Shown: positions 60,780-64,000 of the stretch, in pieces
Layout of the letters: every line of letters starts with the position of its first letter
How positions within the stretch are numbered: the stretch's first letter is position 1
Assembly: GCA_041659705.1 (NCBI GenBank)
Contig: JBAZXU010000007.1
Location: forward strand, 165,967 to 229,966
DNA from: Sphingomonas sp.
Lineage (GTDB): Bacteria; Pseudomonadota; Alphaproteobacteria; Sphingomonadales; Sphingomonadaceae
Direction of reading: 5' to 3'
DNA: 64,000 nucleotides
The notes under the pieces: model-generated
Seen by the model: only the letters and a program-made list of their open reading frames with translations
Database searches by the model: none
Told to the model about the DNA's origin: nothing
Made by a program: the position numbers and the translations under genes

Positions 60780-61553
60780 ATGGCCAGCGCGCCACAACAA
60801 CCGCTTCCGCTATTTTACAACGGGCTTGAGCCGCTTTCGAGCCAGGCCCATGCCGATTGGCGCATGCGCTCGGTCAACAAAGCGCCGTTTCTGGTTGGCC
60901 AGCACGCCATTCCGCTCACGGTGGAAGAATTTGCGCTGGTCCAGCGCTTCATGCCCATCGTGTTCACCACCGGCCCCGATGCCATTCCCGTTGCGCTGAT
61001 GGGCCTGAACGAGGGCATGAACGTTTTTGTCGATAATGACGGCGCCTTGACCCAGAATAATGTTTATGTGCCGGCTTATGTCCGCCGCTATCCGTTCATG
61101 CTCGCGCGGCTGCACCCGCAAAGCGACGAACTGTCGCTATGCTTTGACCCGACAACCGATGCGATTGGCGCGTTTGAAGATGGCGAGCCGCTGTTCGCCG
61201 ATGGCCAACCGACAGACACCACCAAGAATATTCTGGAGTTTAACCGGATGTTCGAGGAAGCTGGCACGCGCACCGCAGCCTTTATGAAGGAGCTTGGCGA
61301 GTCCGGCCTGTTGATGGATGGCGAGGTTTCCATTCAGCCAGAAGGGGCCGAACAGCCCTTTATCTATCGCGGTTTTCAGATGGTGAATGAAGAAAAGCTG
61401 GCCGACGCACGCGGCGACCAACTTCGCAAAATGGCAAAATCGGGCATGTTGCCGCTGCTCTATGCCCATCTCCTCTCGCTTGGCCAGATGCGCGAGATTT
61501 TTCAAATGCAGATTGATCGCGGTTTCGTGCCGACACCGCTGCCCGCCATTTAA
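60780..61553 (+). CDS. SapC family protein
   Basis: The ATG at 60780 is preceded by GGAGAG. The VPAYVRRYPF and FPLVF-like (MPIVFT) segments are characteristic of SapC. Confidence 0.8.
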   Translation: MASAPQQPLPLFYNGLEPLSSQAHADWRMRSVNKAPFLVGQHAIPLTVEEFALVQRFMPIVFTTGPDAIPVALMGLNEGMNVFVDNDGALTQNNVYVPAYVRRYPFMLARLHPQSDELSLCFDPTTDAIGAFEDGEPLFADGQPTDTTKNILEFNRMFEEAGTRTAAFMKELGESGLLMDGEVSIQPEGAEQPFIYRGFQMVNEEKLADARGDQLRKMAKSGMLPLLYAHLLSLGQMREIFQMQIDRGFVPTPLPAI

Positions 61554-61555
61554 GC

Positions 61556-61580
61556 GCGCCGCCAGGCCCGGCGGCGCTTT
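61556..61580 (+). terminator. Hairpin after the SapC-family gene
   Basis: GCGCCGCC (61556-63) pairs with GGCGGCGC (61570-77), with a 6-nt loop, then TTT. Confidence 0.4.
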
Positions 61581-61616
61581 GGCAAATTTTACCGCAGCAA
61601 TGGTTGTTTGCGGTTC

Positions 61617-61645
61617 TTGATGTCGCGACCGGCCGGGCCTATATC
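61617..61645 (+). promoter_or_regulatory. Sigma70-like promoter candidate for the sRNA candidate
   Basis: TTGATG (61617-22), a 17-nt spacer, then TATATC (61640-45). Confidence 0.35.
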
Positions 61646-61651
61646 GGTGGA

Positions 61652-61759
61652 ACGCGGCCATGTGTCTCCCCCTTCATCTGGCCGCGCGGTGCACCATCTC
61701 GGTGTGCCACCTCCCTGAACCTTGGCCACCTCGTGCAGCACTGCGCGAGGTGGTTTTTT
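61652..61759 (+). ncRNA. Candidate small RNA (about 108 nt) with C/U-rich anti-SD-like motifs
   Basis: Hairpin 1 pairs 61654-60 with 61679-85, and its loop carries CUCCCCC (61666-72). Hairpin 2 pairs GGTGCACC with GGTGTGCC. A single-stranded ACCUCCCUG follows (CCUCCC at 61710-15). The terminator CCACCTCG...CGAGGTGG plus T6 lies at 61726-61759. There is no plausible ORF. Confidence 0.35.
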
Positions 61760-61780
61760 ATAGGGGCTGAACCACGCGGG

Positions 61781-62647
61781 CTATTCTGCCGCCATCTGCG
61801 TGGTGCCAAGCGCCTCATCGACCAGCGCGTCGATCATGCAGCGCAGCAGCCGCGCGGTTGGGTGCAGGCCCGCTCCCGGTACGCGCAGCACCGCATCGAG
61901 ATAGAGGCGGCGGTCAAACTCGATTTGTATCGCATGAATGCCCCGCGCGGGCGCTGCGTGCCGCTCTAAAATATGGCCGCCAGCATAGGGTGTGTTGAGC
62001 ATATGGGGCACACCGCAGCCATCCATCTCCGCCTGTAGCCGCGCGACAAACCGGTCCGCTGCGCTTTGGCCAAAACGGTCTCCCAGCACGATGCCAGCCG
62101 CCTCACCCGTCGCCTCACCCGCCAGCCTCAGCGGTGGCATGGAATGCACGTCGAGCAAAATCGCCACGCCAAAACGCGCGCGCGCCGCCGCCAGCGCACG
62201 CGCCAGCTCTGCATGATAGGGCCGGTATGCCTGTTCTATTCGCGCATCGACATCGGCCGCGGCCAGCCGTTTGCGCCAAATGTCACCGCCCTGTGCCACG
62301 CGCCGCGGCACCAGGCCAAGCCCGCCGCGCAGCTTGGCAGAGGCGCCAGGCTGCGCGCGCGGGTCGGCGCCGTCATCAAGCTTGGGGTCGCGCTCATACT
62401 CGGCGCGATTAAGATCAATCCAGGCGCGCGGCACGCGCTGCACCAGCGTTGTTTCCCCGCGGCGAGCAGCCTTGGCCACCGCGTCGACATAGCGGTCCTC
62501 CAGCACCAGCAGCGCAGACAGCGGCAACCGGACCGCGGCCAGCAACGCGGGTGAATAGGCACGACCAGCATGGGGCACCGACACAACCACCGGGCTTTGC
62601 GGCACCGCCGGGCCAAGGCGATCGAACGATTGCTGCGCGGTACTCAT
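61781..62647 (-). CDS. N-formylglutamate amidohydrolase family protein
   Basis: VVVSVPHAGR, DLNR and LLDVHSM motifs match the FGase fold family. Confidence 0.85.
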   Translation of the reverse strand: MSTAQQSFDRLGPAVPQSPVVVSVPHAGRAYSPALLAAVRLPLSALLVLEDRYVDAVAKAARRGETTLVQRVPRAWIDLNRAEYERDPKLDDGADPRAQPGASAKLRGGLGLVPRRVAQGGDIWRKRLAAADVDARIEQAYRPYHAELARALAAARARFGVAILLDVHSMPPLRLAGEATGEAAGIVLGDRFGQSAADRFVARLQAEMDGCGVPHMLNTPYAGGHILERHAAPARGIHAIQIEFDRRLYLDAVLRVPGAGLHPTARLLRCMIDALVDEALGTTQMAAE

Positions 62648-62755
62648 CGCGCACCAACCTAAGCGTCATAATGCGGCGCTGCAATCGCTGGCTTTGGCTG
62701 GAAATTCTTAAGGCATTGGCGCATAAGATACGCAAGATTTGGGATCCAGGGTGTG

Positions 62756-63133
62756 ATGATCAGAATATTGCTCGCAGAAGACGATACGGTGATGCGCGAA
62801 TATCTTACGCGCGCGCTGGAACGGTCGGGCTATGCCGTGTCGGCGGTGGACCGGGGCACAGCGGCCATCCCCCTGCTCCAGACGGAGCGATTCGACCTTT
62901 TGCTGACCGACATCGTCATGCCGGAGATGGACGGCATCGAACTGGCGCAAAAAGCAGCGGAAATGTGCCCGGATCTGCGCGTCATGTTCATCACCGGCTT
63001 TGCCGCTGTCACGCTGAAGGCGGGTAAGGCGATGCCGCAGGCCCGCGTTCTTTCCAAGCCATTTCACCTGCGTGACCTTGTGCTGGAGGTGGACAGAATG
63101 TTCGATCTTGGCAGCGTTACCGGGCTTAGCTGA
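62756..63133 (+). CDS. cpdR: Single-domain response regulator CpdR
   Basis: MIRILLAEDD, the phospho-acceptor LLLTDIVMPEMDG, and ITGF...SKPF. The protein is 125 aa with no output domain. Confidence 0.85.
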   Translation: MIRILLAEDDTVMREYLTRALERSGYAVSAVDRGTAAIPLLQTERFDLLLTDIVMPEMDGIELAQKAAEMCPDLRVMFITGFAAVTLKAGKAMPQARVLSKPFHLRDLVLEVDRMFDLGSVTGLS

Positions 63134-63227
63134 TTACGCGACTCGCGCCGCGCGCAAGCCCGCTCAGCATTTTTCGCACCGCACGCTTGCGCCGCCGCCC
63201 CGGCCCGGCTAGAGGGCTGCCTCTCGT

Positions 63228-63302
63228 GGGCGTGTAGCTCAGTGGTAGAGCACTGTGTTGACATCGCAGGGGTCGCAAGTTCAATCCTTGCCACGCCCAC
63301 CA
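63228..63302 (+). tRNA. tRNA-Val (anticodon GAC)
   Basis: It folds as a 75-nt cloverleaf. The acceptor stem is GGGCGTG/CACGCCC. The anticodon stem is CTGTG/CGCAG with loop TTGACAT. The T-arm is GCAAGTTCAATCCTTGC and the CCA is encoded. Confidence 0.95.
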
Positions 63303-63308
63303 TTAAAA

Positions 63309-63343
63309 GCCGTGGTAACTCAACGAGTTGCCACGGCTTTTTT
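63309..63343 (+). terminator. Rho-independent terminator after tRNA-Val
   Basis: GCCGTGGTAACT (63309-20) pairs with AGTTGCCACGGC (63326-37). This is a 12-bp stem with one G-U pair and a 5-nt loop, followed by six T. Confidence 0.75.
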
Positions 63344-63646
63344 GTGCCTCGGTCGCGCGCCTTTGGGGCGATATGCCCAGCATATGCCCACGGAAATTCG
63401 GTTAATTTCGAGGATAATTGGGCAAATTCTGGGCACGTCAGGGCCGACGGATCGTGGACAAAGTCCCGCAAAATGAGCCGCTTGGCGAACGACGCAGATT
63501 CTCCTATCATTATGGCTGGCGCTCAACCTGCTCGCGGGATGGGTGGCCGGCCAGATGTGTGCAGGAAACTACGGCGTGCCCGGGTCCTTGGTCAGCATCT
63601 GGTGCTAGGCCAAGGACCCGTGCGCGCCGACAAGTGGATTGCCCAC

Positions 63647-64000
63647 ATGTCTAAACCTCATGGTCCTTCTTCGGCTGCCAGTCGCCGGGAGGGGTCGGTG
63701 ACGCCAAGGCCGCAGGCCGCTAAGTCACCCATGGCTGGACGGGACGACATTGTGTCGCCCGCAGAGCAGGCCGTATTTCGGCCGATGTCGACCGCCTTGC
63801 ACGGGATGTGTCGCTCGGGTGATGGCCAGGACGGTGGAGCCCGTGCTCCGCCGCCGATGACTGATGCCGCCAAAAGCGAAGCCCTTCTCACGCCCAATCA
63901 AATTCTCGACCGGATGAACATCACGAGTTCCGATCCGGCGAAATGGATGCGGCGCGTCTTCAAAAAACACGGTGTGTCTTACTTCAACGTGTGCGGTCAG
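63647..64000 (+). CDS. Partial ORF running off the window; the C-terminal part resembles an excisionase/AlpA-type HTH protein
   Basis: The frame is open from the ATG at 63647 to the window end; I translated it by hand and found no stop. The segment LLTPNQILDRMNITSSDPAKWMRRVFKKHGVSYFNV resembles phage-type HTH DNA-binding proteins. The true start may be the MTDAAKSE Met at 63857. Confidence 0.3.
   Translation, partial: MSKPHGPSSAASRREGSVTPRPQAAKSPMAGRDDIVSPAEQAVFRPMSTALHGMCRSGDGQDGGARAPPPMTDAAKSEALLTPNQILDRMNITSSDPAKWMRRVFKKHGVSYFNVCGQ

Overview
This is a high-GC alphaproteobacterial chromosomal segment. It is most consistent with a sphingomonad: a PEPxxWA-type PEP-CTERM tail, a split MetH, a large TonB-dependent receptor, SapC, CpdR and TrcR/DUF1013 are all present. 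I support about 57 protein genes, 2 tRNAs, 1 pseudogene and several terminators and operators. Most of the content is housekeeping.

- **Energy and carbon:** the F1 ATP synthase operon atpHAGDC; a PHB module (phaR, a PhaC-like gene and a thiolase, with bdhA and a patatin-like gene 25 kb away); isocitrate lyase with a divergent XRE/ImmA-type regulator.
- **Methionine:** an operon made of a SahR-like regulator, metF and a two-piece metH.
- **Other genes:** an Ada-type repair regulator, alanine racemase, an ScsB/DsbD-type reductase, a diguanylate cyclase, a DEAD-box helicase, and assorted transporters and hydrolases.
- **Not found:** CRISPR arrays, IS elements, transposases, integrases or any recognisable defence system.

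The observations most worth a second look are:
1. A roughly 4.5 kb low-GC islet (15957-20506) carrying a TonB-dependent receptor and a very AT-rich Sel1-repeat/prolyl-4-hydroxylase fusion gene.
2. A self-contained promoter-to-terminator unit of about 110 nt with C/U-rich anti-Shine-Dalgarno-like motifs. This is a candidate sRNA at 61617-61759.
3. A thpR (2H phosphoesterase) pseudogene inactivated by both a TGG>TGA nonsense change and a perfect 13-bp tandem duplication.
4. A perfect 20-bp palindrome in front of the SahR-like regulator gene.
5. An orphan CpaF-type ATPase followed by a secreted double-retropepsin/PDZ protease.
6. An epsilon subunit lacking its C-terminal helical domain.
7. A probable genomic-island edge after tRNA-Val at the right end of the window.

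All calls rest on reading the ORF translations and the DNA by eye. No database search was run.
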